Shown here piece after piece: positions 32,916 to 44,144 of a stretch of 64,000 nt of DNA. The stretch is from an uncultured bacterium (GTDB lineage: Bacteria > Krumholzibacteriota > Krumholzibacteriia > JACNKJ01). Numbering within the stretch: position 1 is the first letter of the stretch; every line of letters begins with the position of its first letter. Under the pieces are notes generated by a model. It saw only the letters and a program-made list of their open reading frames with translations. It was not told the DNA's origin and ran no database searches. A program made the translations under genes and the position numbers. The stretch spans positions 704,001-768,000 of the forward strand of contig CAVOFT010000001.1 of assembly GCA_963695095.1 (NCBI GenBank). Direction: 5' to 3'.

Positions 32916-33083
32916 GGCGGGGAAGACCGCAGGGAACCTGGGGAGGGAAAGCGGACCCTGGTTTGAGGCGGCGCGCCCCGCACGCACGGGGCTCTGTTCC
33001 GCGGGCGCTGCTCCGCCCTTGGGAACCTTGGCGCCGGCCTCTTTGCTTTCCCGGGGACCCGTTCGCGCTGTGGCTTCCCCGCC
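32916..33083 (-). ncRNA. Putative structured RNA (long interrupted stem, possibly 6S-like) or structured 5' leader
   Basis: Nested pairings GGCGGGGAAG/CTTCCCCGCC, GAAC/GTTC, GGGAAAGC/GCTTTCCC and GAGGC-GGCG/CGCC-GCCTC, with two apical hairpins. Lies downstream of a strong promoter. Confidence 0.55.
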
Positions 33084-33133
33084 GGTGGAGGGGGCCTTCC
33101 CCTCCGATTCGACCAGTGGTTGGCTGTGCTCGA

Positions 33134-33161
33134 AGTATAGCCCCGTTTCGGCGATCGTCAA
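33134..33161 (-). promoter_or_regulatory. Sigma70 promoter
   Basis: TTGACG-16nt-TATACT. Confidence 0.7.
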
Positions 33162-33209
33162 ACGCGCGGGGCAATTTCTTCGCGGACCGCGCGCGTGTTT
33201 GCACCAGGG

Positions 33210-35032
33210 TCAGAGCGGCCAGCTCTCCGTCTCGATCAGACGATCGGCCAGGCGCCGCCGCAGGGCCACCGTGTCGATCGGCGTGTGCGCGAGCAAGTGA
33301 CTCAGGCCGGCGAGATGCAGACTCAAGGCGTCGTCGCTCAGCGCGCCCGCCAAGGCCTCGCGCGCGCTGCGCTCCAGGCGCGTGAGATGGGTGGCGCAGA
33401 CCAGCCGTGTCAGATCGGCGGCGAAGGCCGTGGCGTCCGCGTCCCCGCGCGCCTCGATCTTGAGCGCGCGCAGCAGGCTGGACTCCATCGCGTAGATGTC
33501 CATGACCATGTCGGAGAGGAAGGAGATCAGCTCCTCGTGCTCCATGGGCTCGCTTGAGCCCGTCGCCCAGCGCCTCGGCCACGGCGCCCAGCGCCAGCAG
33601 GGTCGCCTGCTTGCCCTGCGCCACGGCGCTGCGCTCGGCAGCGAGGAAGCCATCGGTCGCGCCCGCCGGGACGGCCGGCGCCGGCAGCGCATCGATCAGC
33701 AGCTTGGCGCGCGCAAAGACGGGCAGGTGGTTCTTGGCCGCCTTCTTGAGCACGTCGCCCGCGATGATGAGGCGGTTGATCTCGTTCGTGCCCTCGAAGA
33801 TGCGGTTGATGCGGCTGTCGCGGTAGTAGCGCTCGGCCACGTACTCCTGCGAGTAGCCGTAGCCGCCGTGGATCTGCACGCACTCGTCCACGCAGTAGTC
33901 GAGCACCTCGGAGCAGTAGACCTTCATCATCGAGCACTCGGTCATGTACTCGCGGATGCCGTGCTCGACGACCTGGCCGTCGTAGTCGGGCGCCGCCTTG
34001 TCGAGGCTGGCGATGTTCTGGTCGATGTAGCCCGCCGTGCGGTAGACCATGCTCTGGGCGGCGTACACGCGCGCGGCCATCTCGCCGATCTTGTGCTTGA
34101 TCATGCCGAAGCTGGGTGATCGGCCGGCCGAACTGCTGGCGGCCGTTGCCGTAGCGCACGGCATCCAGCATGGCCAGCTCGGCGCCGCCCACCGCGCCCG
34201 CGCCCAGCTTGAAGCGCCCCACGTTGAGGATGTTGAAGGCGATCGCCGCGCCGCGGCCGATGCGGCCGAGCACGTTGGCGGCCGGCACCTTGACGTCCTC
34301 GAGCACCAGGGTGCGCGTCGAGGAGCCCTTGATGCCCAGCTTCTTCTCCTCGTTGCCCGAGCGGAAGCCCGGCATGTCCTTCTCGAGGATGAAGGCCGTG
34401 AAGCGATCCCTGCCGCCCGCTTCCTCGGGTGGCACCTGGGCGAAGACGATGAAGAGGTCGGCGAAGCCGGCGTTGGTGATCCACATCTTCTCGCCGTTGA
34501 GCACGAAGTGGCTGCCGTCGGCGCTGGGCACGGCCTTGGCGCGGGCGGCCATGGCGTCGGAGCCGCTGCCGGCCTCGGTGAGGGCGTAGGCGCCGAGCAG
34601 CTCGCCCGTGGCCAGGCGCGGCAGGTACTTCTGCTTCTGCTCGGGCGTGCCGAAGTAGACGATGGGCAGGGTGCCGATGCCCGTGTGGGCGCCGTGCCCG
34701 ACCTGGAAGGAGCCGCTGGGGGACAGCTTCTCGGCGACCAGCATGCCCACGCGCTTGGGCATCGCCATGCCGCCGTAGGCCTCGGGCACGTCCAGGGCGA
34801 GCAGGCCGAGGCCGCCGGCCTCCTTGAGCAGGCCGGCCATGGCGCCGGGTGTCAGCGATTCCAGCGCGTCGAGCTGCGGCAGCACCGAGCCCTGGACGAA
34901 CTTCTCGACCATGTCGCCGATCATGCGCTCGTCCTGGCTGAAATCCTCGGGCGCGAAGACCTGCTCCGGCGGATGCTCGTCCACGAGGAAGCTACAGCCC
35001 AGGATCATCGTCGCCTTGCTCTCGTCCGCCAT
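33210..35032 (-). CDS. Acyl-CoA dehydrogenase (FadE-like long form; frameshifts ~34115 and ~33555)
   Basis: YALTEAGSGSDA, LNGEKMWITN, KLGIKGSST, VQIHGGYG and RIFEGTNEI. Confidence 0.92.
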
Positions 35033-35147
35033 CACATCCGTCCTTTCCCGTGGTGATCGACTGCGGGGGCGCAGGTCCCTGCCTGCCCGATGATAGCGAG
35101 CGCGCCCGGCCCGCGTCCAGCGCGAGCACGTAGCGCGCCCGTGCCGC

Positions 35148-36953
35148 TCAGGTGGCCGGCGGCCCCGTGCCCGGCACCTCGGGCTTGACCATCAGCGTCC
35201 GCTCGCGTGTGCACAGGGCCAGCCCCGGCGTGCCCTTGCGCGGTTTGCGCACATAGCGTTTCTCCGTGTAGATCACGGGGACGAGCCCGCTGTGCCGGGC
35301 CTTGCTGTGGAAGGCCGCGATCGCGGCCGCGGCCTCCAGGATGAACTTGGGCGGCGCGCCGCGATGGCCGCCCGTGCGCAGGATGACGTGGCTGCCCGAG
35401 GCGCCCGCGGCGTGGAACCAGAGGTCCTGGCTGGCGGCCTCGCGGTGGGTCAGCTCGTCGTTCTCGCGGTTGTTGCGCCCGACGAGCACCTCCCAGCCGC
35501 CCGGCAGCGCGTAGCGGCGAAACGGGCGCTTGGCGGGCTGGGGGCGGCTGCCGGGCGTCGTCGAGCGCAGGTCGAAGAGCGAGGCGGCGTGACCCAGGCG
35601 CAGCAGTTCCTCGCGCAGGGCCTCGATCTCGGCCAGGTCCCGGCAGCGGCAATTGGCCAGCGCGGGCAGCCGCTCCAGCAGCAATTCCTCGTCCTCGATG
35701 ATGCGCCGACGCACCTCTTCCAGGCGCAGCTCGACGGTCTGCAGGCCGCGCTGGCCCTTGGCGGCCCGCTGGTAGAGCCGGCCCAGGTTCTCCTGGGGGC
35801 TGCGCGCGGGATCGAGGGGGATCTCCAGCGACCGCTCGCCGTCGTGCACGTCCGGGTACTCCACGGAGGCCGCGCCCCGCCGCACCTCGTGCAGGTGGGC
35901 GGCCAGGGTGTCGGCCTGGCGGCGCAAATCGCCGCCCGCGGCGGCGCGCTCCCAGTCCGCCTCGAGCCGCGTCAGGAGGCGGCGATTGCGCTGGTGCCGC
36001 TGCTCGAGGCCCCGGCGCAGGGTGGCCATCAGCTCGGACATCTGCAGGCGCGCCATGCAGCCGCGGCCCATGAAGTTCAGCGCGCTGGGATAGTCCTCGA
36101 AGCGGAAGACGTCCTGCCCCGCCATGGCCGGGTCCGGGCCCGTCGACAGCGGGAAGGGGTGGATGCGGCAGGGCCGCGGGCTGCCCGGCGGGTAGCTGAG
36201 CACGTGGATGGTCTCGCGGCCCTGGCGCACGCGCTCGACCCAGCGGCCGAGCCGCCTCGCCAGCACGACGCAGGGATCCTCGCGCGGGTGCGGTTCGGGG
36301 CGCTGGACCAGGTAGCGCACGGAGATCGGCTTGAAGCCGCGGATCCCGCGACAGAGGTCCTCGGGCAAGGCCGCCTCGCCGCCCACGCGCACGCGCTCGA
36401 GCAGGGCTGCGGGCCAGGCCGCGAAGCCGGCCGGGGCGAGCGGCAAGTCTTGCCCTGATTCGTCGGCGGCCTGGGCGTAGACTGCCCCCGGCCGGTGCTC
36501 GGAGCCGCCCTTGCGCGTGGCGCGGATGACGCGCCCCTCGACGTCGGTCAGAACCAGGCGCCCGCCGGCAAAGAACTCCACGTAGAGATGCAAGTAGCCG
36601 AATTCCCTGAAATTAGCGGAAGCGCTGAAGTCCAGGCGCAGCAGGCTTTGCCCGGGCACCGGCGACCCGCCCAGGAAGCTGGCGCCTTCGAGATGGGGCG
36701 GCAGGAAGCTGAAGTCGTGGCGCTGGTCCTGGAACCGAATATGCTCGAACTCCTCGTGGAGCTTCGTGTCCAGGTGCAGTCCCTGCGCGCCCTGGTGCAG
36801 GTGCAGCAGAAGAACCTGGCCCCCTTCGAAGACCAGCGCCAGCACGGGACCATTCCAGGTGATGCGCTGGAGGCGGCGCCCCTGAAGCCGGTCGAGCAGC
36901 GGAGCGGCCATCAGGAGATTCGGGAAGTCCACGGGACCCTTCTCCCCGCTCAA
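35148..36953 (-). CDS. NFACT-family protein (RqcH/FbpA-like, ribosome quality control); start uncertain
   Basis: IPLDP..SPQEN...Y, LVGRNNRENDELT, WFHA..SGSHVIL and YTEKRYVRKP. Confidence 0.85.
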   Translation of the reverse strand: MSGEKGPVDFPNLLMAAPLLDRLQGRRLQRITWNGPVLALVFEGGQVLLLHLHQGAQGLHLDTKLHEEFEHIRFQDQRHDFSFLPPHLEGASFLGGSPVPGQSLLRLDFSASANFREFGYLHLYVEFFAGGRLVLTDVEGRVIRATRKGGSEHRPGAVYAQAADESGQDLPLAPAGFAAWPAALLERVRVGGEAALPEDLCRGIRGFKPISVRYLVQRPEPHPREDPCVVLARRLGRWVERVRQGRETIHVLSYPPGSPRPCRIHPFPLSTGPDPAMAGQDVFRFEDYPSALNFMGRGCMARLQMSELMATLRRGLEQRHQRNRRLLTRLEADWERAAAGGDLRRQADTLAAHLHEVRRGAASVEYPDVHDGERSLEIPLDPARSPQENLGRLYQRAAKGQRGLQTVELRLEEVRRRIIEDEELLLERLPALANCRCRDLAEIEALREELLRLGHAASLFDLRSTTPGSRPQPAKRPFRRYALPGGWEVLVGRNNRENDELTHREAASQDLWFHAAGASGSHVILRTGGHRGAPPKFILEAAAAIAAFHSKARHSGLVPVIYTEKRYVRKPRKGTPGLALCTRERTLMVKPEVPGTGPPAT

Positions 36954-37078
36954 GTCACCGAGGGAAGCTGCCGAAACCCGGGGAAGCGACGTCGCTGGTC
37001 CTTGCGGGCGACGCGCCCGGCGCAGGGACCGGCGCTGATTCGGTACTGAGAATCGAGATCAGGAGAAGCTAGCACGGA

Positions 37079-39502
37079 ATGAGCAGCGCCGCAACCGGAG
37101 CCCGGCACCTCAGCGTCTTGTGCGCCGCGGCCTTGCTGTGGGCAGCCCTGCTGCTGCCCGCGCCGGCACTGGCCCAGCTCGACTCCGACGGCGACCTGCT
37201 CGACGACTCCGTCGAGACCGCGGCCGGCACTGACCCCTTCGATCCCGACAGCGACGACGACGAGGTCCTCGACGGCCTCGAGACCGCCTGGAACTCGGAC
37301 ACCGACGGCGACGGCCTCATCAATGCCCTCGACCGGGACAGCGACGGCGACGGCCTCCACGACGGCCAGGAAGTCGCCCTGGGCACGAGCATGGTGCTGG
37401 TGGACAGCGATGTCGACGGCCTCGATGACTACGCCGAGGTGATGGTCTACCACACCAATCCCGCCCTCTACGACACGGATGCCGAGGGTTTGAACGATTT
37501 CGAGGAAGTCGCCTTCGGCATCGACGGCCTGCTCACCGACCCCTGGCGCGCGGATACCGACGGCGACGGCCTCAGCGACTACCAGGAGCGCCCTCTGGCC
37601 TACGGCGGCTACGGCACCAACGCCACGCGGCCGGATACCGACTCGGACGGCCTCAACGACTACGAAGAGGTCTTCCCGGGCCAGGACGGCTACACGACGA
37701 ATCCGCGCCTCGCCGATACGGACACGGACGGGCTCAGCGACGGCGCCGAGTTCATCCACGGCACCAGCCCCGTGGCGGCCGACACCGATGGCGACGGCCT
37801 GAACGATTTCCAGGAGCTCTTCACCTACGGCACCAACCCGCGCCTCGCCGACACCGACGCCGACGGCGTCAGCGACTGGGGCGAGATCCAGGTCTACGGC
37901 ACCGATCCCCTGCTCGTGGACACGGACGGCGATGGGCTGATGGACGGCGAGGAGATCACCGCGGGCTGGGACGGCTACCAGACCGATCCGCTGGACCCGG
38001 ACACCGACAACGACGGCGTCAACGACGGCCACGAGGCGGACCTGGGCACGAATCCCCTGCAGCCGGACAGCGACGGCGACGGCCTGTCCGACGGCGACGA
38101 GGTGGCCGGCGGCACCAACCCCAACGCCGCCGACACGGACGGCGACGGCATCAACGATCGCAACGAGATCCTGGCCGGGCTCCTGCCCTTGGTGCCGGAC
38201 AGCGACGGCGACGGCCTGCTCGACGGCGACGAGCCCTTCTGGAACAGCGACACGGACGGTGACGGCGTCATCAACGCGCTGGATCCGGACAGTGACAACG
38301 ACGGCATCATCGACGGCCAGGAAGGCGCGCTCGGCGGCAATCCGCTGCTGGCCGATACCGATGGGGACGGCCTCGCCGACGGCATCGAGGCCATCCTCGG
38401 CACCTTCCTCGATGACGACGACACGGAGGACGACGGCGTCACCGACGCCGCGGAGATCGCCCTGGGTACGGATCCCCGGCTCCGGGACAGCGACGGCGAC
38501 GGCCTCGGCGACGGCCTCGAGATCGGCCTCACGGCGCCGCAGGGCGACGACACCGCGGCCGGCCACTTCACGAGCGACGCGGATCCGTCGACGACCACGA
38601 ATCCCCTGCTCGCCGATACCGACGGCGACGGCCTCGCCGACGGCTTCGAGGACGCCAACGGCAACGGGCGCCGCGACGGCAACGATCCCACCGACGGCGT
38701 GAGCGACTGGGGCACGGGCGGCGAGGTGAATCCGCTGGCCCTGGATACCGACGGCGACGGCTTCAGCGACAGCAACGAGATCGCCGCCGGCGGCGACCCG
38801 CTGCTGCCCTTCACCTCGCAGGACCTCGACTGGAGCGCGGACAGCCTGGCCATGGCAGTGGCGCTGGGCGCGGTGCACAGCGATTCGCTCGCGCTCGTCA
38901 ACACCACCGCCGGCCTGAATCCCGATCCCAGCGACGGGCCCGGCCGCGGCGACATCGAGGCGGTGCGCATCGAGGCGAGCGACCTCTACAGCGATAGCGG
39001 CCGCCGCCTGCCCGCCGAGTGGCTGCGTTTCCAGCCCGACCGCATCTTCGTGCTGCCCAGCGGCGTCGACAGCCTGGTGACGATCTCCGTGCTCCTGCCC
39101 AAGAGCGCCGCCTCGGGCACCTTCCGCGGCGTCGTCACGGCCAGCGCCGGCGGCGGCGTGCCCTTCGCCCAGTTCCAGCTCGTCGTCAACGTGACCGGCG
39201 GCGGCGCCCTCGAAGTGCTGCCCAATCCCGTCTACGCCGATCGCAGTCCGAGCTGCGAGTTCAGCTTCCGCAGCGAGCCGGGGCTGGAGATCGCCATCGA
39301 CATCTACACGATGGCCCTGGAGCAGGTCTGCACGCTGCTCGGGGAGGGCATCTACACCGACGCCGAGATGCACAGCGTGATCTGGGACCTGGCCAACGCC
39401 GGCGGGCGGCGGGTGGCCAGCGGCGTCTACCTGGCGGTGGCGCGCTTCAAGACGCCGGCGGGCGAGAGCATCGAGCGGCGCAAGGTCATGGTGGTCCACT
39501 AG
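37079..39502 (+). CDS. Secreted Ca-binding repeat protein (TSP3-like DxDxDG repeats) with T9SS/FlgD-like CTD
   Basis: Signal peptide; more than 20 '[11 protein letters not shown]' repeats; C-terminal 'PNPV...IYT...WDL.N..G..VASGVY...KVMVVH'. Confidence 0.85.
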   Translation: MSSAATGARHLSVLCAAALLWAALLLPAPALAQLDSDGDLLDDSVETAAGTDPFDPDSDDDEVLDGLETAWNSDTDGDGLINALDRDSDGDGLHDGQEVALGTSMVLVDSDVDGLDDYAEVMVYHTNPALYDTDAEGLNDFEEVAFGIDGLLTDPWRADTDGDGLSDYQERPLAYGGYGTNATRPDTDSDGLNDYEEVFPGQDGYTTNPRLADTDTDGLSDGAEFIHGTSPVAADTDGDGLNDFQELFTYGTNPRLADTDADGVSDWGEIQVYGTDPLLVDTDGDGLMDGEEITAGWDGYQTDPLDPDTDNDGVNDGHEADLGTNPLQPDSDGDGLSDGDEVAGGTNPNAADTDGDGINDRNEILAGLLPLVPDSDGDGLLDGDEPFWNSDTDGDGVINALDPDSDNDGIIDGQEGALGGNPLLADTDGDGLADGIEAILGTFLDDDDTEDDGVTDAAEIALGTDPRLRDSDGDGLGDGLEIGLTAPQGDDTAAGHFTSDADPSTTTNPLLADTDGDGLADGFEDANGNGRRDGNDPTDGVSDWGTGGEVNPLALDTDGDGFSDSNEIAAGGDPLLPFTSQDLDWSADSLAMAVALGAVHSDSLALVNTTAGLNPDPSDGPGRGDIEAVRIEASDLYSDSGRRLPAEWLRFQPDRIFVLPSGVDSLVTISVLLPKSAASGTFRGVVTASAGGGVPFAQFQLVVNVTGGGALEVLPNPVYADRSPSCEFSFRSEPGLEIAIDIYTMALEQVCTLLGEGIYTDAEMHSVIWDLANAGGRRVASGVYLAVARFKTPAGESIERRKVMVVH

Positions 39503-39510
39503 GAGGGGCG

Positions 39511-40929
39511 ATGAGCGAGCGACGCCAGAAATACATCCTCGCGCTCTTCATCGCGCTGTTCTTCTTCCTGCTCGGCCTCACCGAGCGCGAGGCGGATGGC
39601 GCCGAGCTGAACGACCACGTGGGCTCGAGCCACTCGGTGGTGGGCGCCCTCGGCCTGGACGCGCGCGCGGCGGCGCTGGGCTTCGCCGTCACTGCCGTGG
39701 ACCTGGGCGCCGCCAACCTCAATTACAATCCGGCGGCCATGGCCCTGGCCAGCTCGCGGCATCTCTACCTGGGCCATGTGGACTGGGTGCTGGACACGAG
39801 CCTGAGCGAGAGCGTGGCCCTGCTGCCGATGGCGGGCGAGAACGTGCTCGGGCTGGGCCTGCTCTACTTCGATCAGGGCACCATCGACGAGGTGCTCGAC
39901 GACGGCAGCTACACCGGCGAGCGCCTGGGCGCGCGCGATTTCCAGGCCAGCCTCGGCCTCGGCCACCGCTTTCCTTACGGCATCAACGTCGGCATGCGCT
40001 TCGTCGTGTTCCACAAGACGCTGGGCTGGGAGCGCGCCGCGGGCATGATGGGCGACCTGGGCATCCTCAGCCCGGACCTGGACGGCTTCCGCCTCGGCGC
40101 CGCGATCCAGGGCTTCGGCCCGGCGCTGCGCTTTCGCGAGATCGAGGATCCCGCGCCCCTGCGCTATCGCCTGGGCGTGGCGCACACCGCGGTCGTGGAC
40201 CGGGACTTCCGGCTGCTCACCTGCCTGGACTTCGTGATCCCCCGCGACAACTACAATGCCTTCCACGTCGGCAGCGAGTGGGAGTACCACGAGCTGCTCG
40301 CCCTGCGCGTGGGCTATGGCCGCACGCTGCTGGAGGACGGCACGCCCGAGAGCGACCGCTTCAGCTACGGCGCCGGCCTGCGCCTGGGCGGCTATCGCTT
40401 CGACTACGCCTACTCGCCCAAGTCCGACTTCGACCCCGTGCACCGCTTCTCGGTGAACTTCGCCCTCGCCTCGCCGCCGCCGGCGGCGCTGCCCGCGATC
40501 GCGCCCATGGCCGCCGGAACGATGGCGACAGCGGACGCGGACAGCGGCGTCTCCGTGGGCGTCGAGCCCCTGCCGCGGGTGACCGTGCTGCGTGGCATCA
40601 ACTTCGACATCGCCAGCGCCGAGATCGGCCCCGAGAGCCGGCCGCTGCTGAACACCATCTACGAGCGCCTGCTACACACGCCCCACGTGGAGGCGGTGGA
40701 GATCCAGGGCCACACGGACAACACGGGTGACCCGGAGTTCAACCGCCGGCTCTCGCTCGAGCGCGCCCGCGCCGTGCGCGACTACTTCGTGCTGCAGGGC
40801 TACGGGGTGGACAAGCTCGGCGTGATGGGCTTCGGCGACACGGTGGCCCTGGTCGGCAACGACACGGCCGAGGGTCGCGCCGCCAACCGCCGCATCGAGC
40901 TGCACGTGATCCGGCGCGTCACCGACTAG
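39511..40929 (+). CDS. PorV/PorQ-family beta-barrel fused to an OmpA-like domain
   Basis: DARAAALG..NYNPA, LALRVGY and FDYAY, then INFD..SAEI, IQGHTDNTG...LSLERARAV and NRRIE. Confidence 0.82.
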   Translation: MSERRQKYILALFIALFFFLLGLTEREADGAELNDHVGSSHSVVGALGLDARAAALGFAVTAVDLGAANLNYNPAAMALASSRHLYLGHVDWVLDTSLSESVALLPMAGENVLGLGLLYFDQGTIDEVLDDGSYTGERLGARDFQASLGLGHRFPYGINVGMRFVVFHKTLGWERAAGMMGDLGILSPDLDGFRLGAAIQGFGPALRFREIEDPAPLRYRLGVAHTAVVDRDFRLLTCLDFVIPRDNYNAFHVGSEWEYHELLALRVGYGRTLLEDGTPESDRFSYGAGLRLGGYRFDYAYSPKSDFDPVHRFSVNFALASPPPAALPAIAPMAAGTMATADADSGVSVGVEPLPRVTVLRGINFDIASAEIGPESRPLLNTIYERLLHTPHVEAVEIQGHTDNTGDPEFNRRLSLERARAVRDYFVLQGYGVDKLGVMGFGDTVALVGNDTAEGRAANRRIELHVIRRVTD

Positions 40930-41063
40930 CGCGCGGCGGGCGGACCATGACCAACCGAAGGGCTGCAGCGACCCTCCTCCGCGCACCGCTTCACAGGTGC
41001 GCGTCAGAGGGCCGCTGCGGCCCCACGCTCACACGCGCTCCATCCGCCGCGCGCTAGTTGGTG
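40920..41063 (+). repeat. REPIN-like nested hairpin, copy A
   Basis: The 42-bp core 40972-41013 is the exact reverse complement of 44183-44224; flanked by paired arms. Confidence 0.75.
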
Positions 41064-41260
41064 CCCTTGGCGGGCCAGCTTCGAGCGCCTGCGCAAGCAA
41101 GGGCACGCCGAAGCGAAGGACGAGCTTCCGCTGGCTGCCCCTGCGGCACTGGCCGAGGCGGAGTGTACACGTGTACAAAACGAGCCGCCCTGCCAGGGCG
41201 TGATCTGCTGCTGCGGGGCATGCGGCGCCGGGTACGCGCATGCCTGCTGAAGGATGGAGC

Positions 41261-44042
41261 CTAGCGCAAGAGAACGAGCTTGTGCTCGGCCGTGAAGCCG
41301 CCGGCGGCGAAGCGCGCGAAGTAGACGCCCGAGGCCAGCGCGCGTCCGGCTTCGTCGCGGCCGTTCCAGTCCACCGCATGGTTGCCCGCCGGCAGCGTCT
41401 CGCCCTTGAGCAGGCGCGCCACGCGACGGCCGTTCACGTCGAAGATCGCCAGCTCCACCGCGGCCGCCCGCGGCAGCGCGAAGCGCAGGGTGGTCTTGGG
41501 GTTGAAGGGGTTCGGCTGCGGCGCCGCGAAGGCGAAGGCGCCGGGACCCGCCTCCTCAGCGGCCGTCACGCCACAGCCCCAGCCATAGGCGCCCATCTGC
41601 ACGTGGCAGTCGTTGTTGGCCGGCAGGCAGGGCGAGCTCGCGTCCAGCGTGTAGTCGCCCCCGGGGGCGTCGCAGAAGAGCGGATCCTCGCTGATGTTGC
41701 CGTCGCTGCCCGTGGGGTCGGGGCAGTTGCCGTAGTTCGCGGGCGTGTTGGCGAAGGCGTCGCTGCAGCTGATGAGCAGCGTGTTGCCCGCATCGCGGCA
41801 GTAGATCGCCCCGCCGCCGCCCGCCGAATTGAATGCCATCAGCGCGCGGGAGATCGTGGCCGTCGAGGCGTTCTTCAGGGCGATGCCGCCGCCGCCCCAG
41901 GGCGTCGAGTTGCCCACCAGCGTCAGCTCCGTCAGCGTGACGTTCGACCCGGTGACGAAGATGCCCGCACCGTCGTAGTCGGCAGTGCAGCCAACAGCGA
42001 CAATACTCTCGAGCACTGACATGGAGTTCTCGAGCACGAGGCCGCCGCCATACTCGGCATCGCAGTCTACGAAGCGCAAGTCGCGGAGTGTCGGCGAGCC
42101 GTTCCAGACATAAACGCCGCCGCCCTTGTCGTAGACGCCGGTGTTCATGGCCTTGCCGTTTCGGATCGTGAAGCCTTCGAGGCGGCACGAAGCGCTCTCG
42201 CCATCGCTCATGCGGAAGCCGCGGCCGGCATCGCCGCAGTCCAGGGTGGTCACCGCCGAGCCGCCCTCGGAGATCACCACCAGATCGCGGCCGGCGAAGA
42301 GCAGGTTCCGGTTCTCGGGTCCCGCGTAGGTGCCCGGCGCGACGAGCACGGTATCGCCGTCGAGGCTGGCGGCGAAACCGGCAGCGAGAGTGGCGTGGTC
42401 GGCCGGTACCCGATGCAGCGTGCGCCGCTCGCCAATATAGTCCTGGTTCGGCTGGTCGGCCTGGAGATCGAGGTACTCGCGATGGCTGGGTGAGAAGACG
42501 TAGCCGGGCGTGACAGGAGTCAGCGTCCCGCTCCAGCCTTCGAGACGATCGATGCTGTAGTGCCCGGTGGCATCCGTGCGCACGGAGTAGGCGAGGCCAT
42601 CGATCTGGACGCCGGCCAGCGGCTGACCATCGTCAGTGGTGATGATGCCGCTGATCGAGTAGGCCGCAAGGTCACAGCCCACCGGCAGTGCGCCGATCAG
42701 CACCCCGCAGTCGTTGTTCGCCGGCGCGCAGGCGGATCCCGCGGCCGGGGCAAAGGCCGGTTCGGGTTCATCGCCTCCGCAGAAGAGCGGATCCGCGCTG
42801 ATGTTGCCGTTCAGGCCGGTCTGATCGGCCAGCGTGCCGCCGTAGTTGCCGTCCGGATTGGCGAAGAAGTCCGAGCAGACCACGCTGGGAACGCCGGTTC
42901 CATCGACGAAGAGGCCTGTCCCGACCTCATTGTGAGCAACGATGACTCGCTCCAGCACCGGGGCGGCGGACCAGCAGAAGATGGAGCTGCTCGGGTCGCG
43001 CGCGAGCCAATGCGGCTGATACACTCGGCTACCTGTGATCGTCACGCCGCGAAGAATCGGCGACGACTCGACCACCTTGATCGCACTACCGGCAAAGTCG
43101 GTGCCATTGTCGACGAACAGCACATCCTCGAGCAGCGGCGCGGCACCCTCCGAGCATTCGAGACCTCCGCCGCCATCGGCGGCGTCGTTGCCAATGAAAA
43201 TGCATCGGCGCAGAGTCGGCGAAGAGCTCCAGCAGGCCATGCCGCCGCCTCCGTCGATCACGCCAGGTAGTTCGTGCGCCTCCCAATTGCCCTCGAAGCG
43301 GCAATCCTCGAAGGTGGGTGATGGCTGCGACGTGCAGGCTACGCCGCCACCGCCGCGCTGGTAGGCAGAGCAGTTGCGGACCGTGACATGGCGGAAGACA
43401 GCCGCGGACGCCGAAACCAAGATGCCGCCCCCCCAGACCATGTTGGCGCTGCAGTCTTCGACCAGCATCCCCTCGAAGACCGGAGCGCCACCCGCAACGA
43501 AAACTCCCCCGCCCGAGTAGCAGTCCCTAACCTCGATGCTCTCAATCCGCGGAGAGCCTCCTTCCATGTGCAGAGCCGGTCCGCGAAAGTATGCAGGGCC
43601 GAACTCCGACCAGGGGGCGTCGAAGTCCTCGAGGTGGAGGTTCGCCAGCGTGGGCGAGGCCCCGAAGATGGTGACCCCGCTCGGCGTATGCTCTCCCCGG
43701 TTGTTGCGCAGGGTCATGTCGCGCAGGACCGCCGCCTGCGTCTCCCCGCTCTCAAACAGCACAGCCGGTTGCCCGCTGTCCTCGCAGTCGAGAATGGTCG
43801 CCCCCGGCCCCGCGCCCGCGATGACGATGTCCTTGCCGCCATAGTCGAGCTGGGTGTTGCCGGGGCCGAGGTAGAGCCCGGCCGCGAGCAGGATGCTGTC
43901 GCCGGGCGCTGCCGCGGCGATCGCCTGCTGCGATGGTGGCGAAGTCGCCCGTGCCGGCGGCATTCAGGTGGTAGGTCGCCGCGGGGAGGACCCCCGCCGC
44001 GCTGGAGACCAGCAACAAGGCCAGGGCGAACGCGCGCATCAT
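41261..44042 (-). CDS. Secreted right-handed parallel beta-helix repeat protein (two modules) with FlgD/T9SS-like CTD (frameshift ~43930)
   Basis: Signal peptide; GDFATI..AI, GGG/SSPT repeats and two 'GNIS.DPLFC...S.C.PANNDC' ends; CTD PNPFNPKT...SGVYFAR...KLVLLR. Confidence 0.85.
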
Positions 44043-44066
44043 CCCCTCCCGCGTCGCAGACACCTA

Positions 44067-44095
44067 ATTCTAGACTAATTGGTAGGGGATGTCCA
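44067..44095 (-). promoter_or_regulatory. Putative sigma70 promoter
   Basis: TGGACA-17nt-TAGAAT upstream of the beta-helix gene. Confidence 0.55.
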
Positions 44096-44144
44096 CTCGC
44101 GCAGGGGGGGGGGTAAGCGCTTATCAATGCATCAGATACCGGCG

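Noticed and set aside
32990..33035. SRP RNA helix 8 (CCAAGG...AGCAGC)
   Set aside because: Lacks the GNRA tetraloop and canonical symmetric-loop spacing.
33089..33115. tmRNA 5' end (GGGGGCC...GATTCGAC)
   Set aside because: No matching tRNA-like 3' end or tag ORF, and the promoter points the other way.
37180..38800. CRISPR-like periodic DNA repeats
   Set aside because: They are degenerate in-frame codons for DTDGDG protein repeats; no cas genes are present.
40949..41063. Integron attC site (ACCAAC...GTTGGT)
   Set aside because: Does not match RYYYAAC/GTTRRRY, the second copy lacks these ends, and there is no integrase or cassette array.
44104..44113. G10 tract as a phase-variation switch
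   Set aside because: It lies upstream of the predicted -35 rather than in the spacer or CDS, and homopolymer length is unreliable in this assembly.
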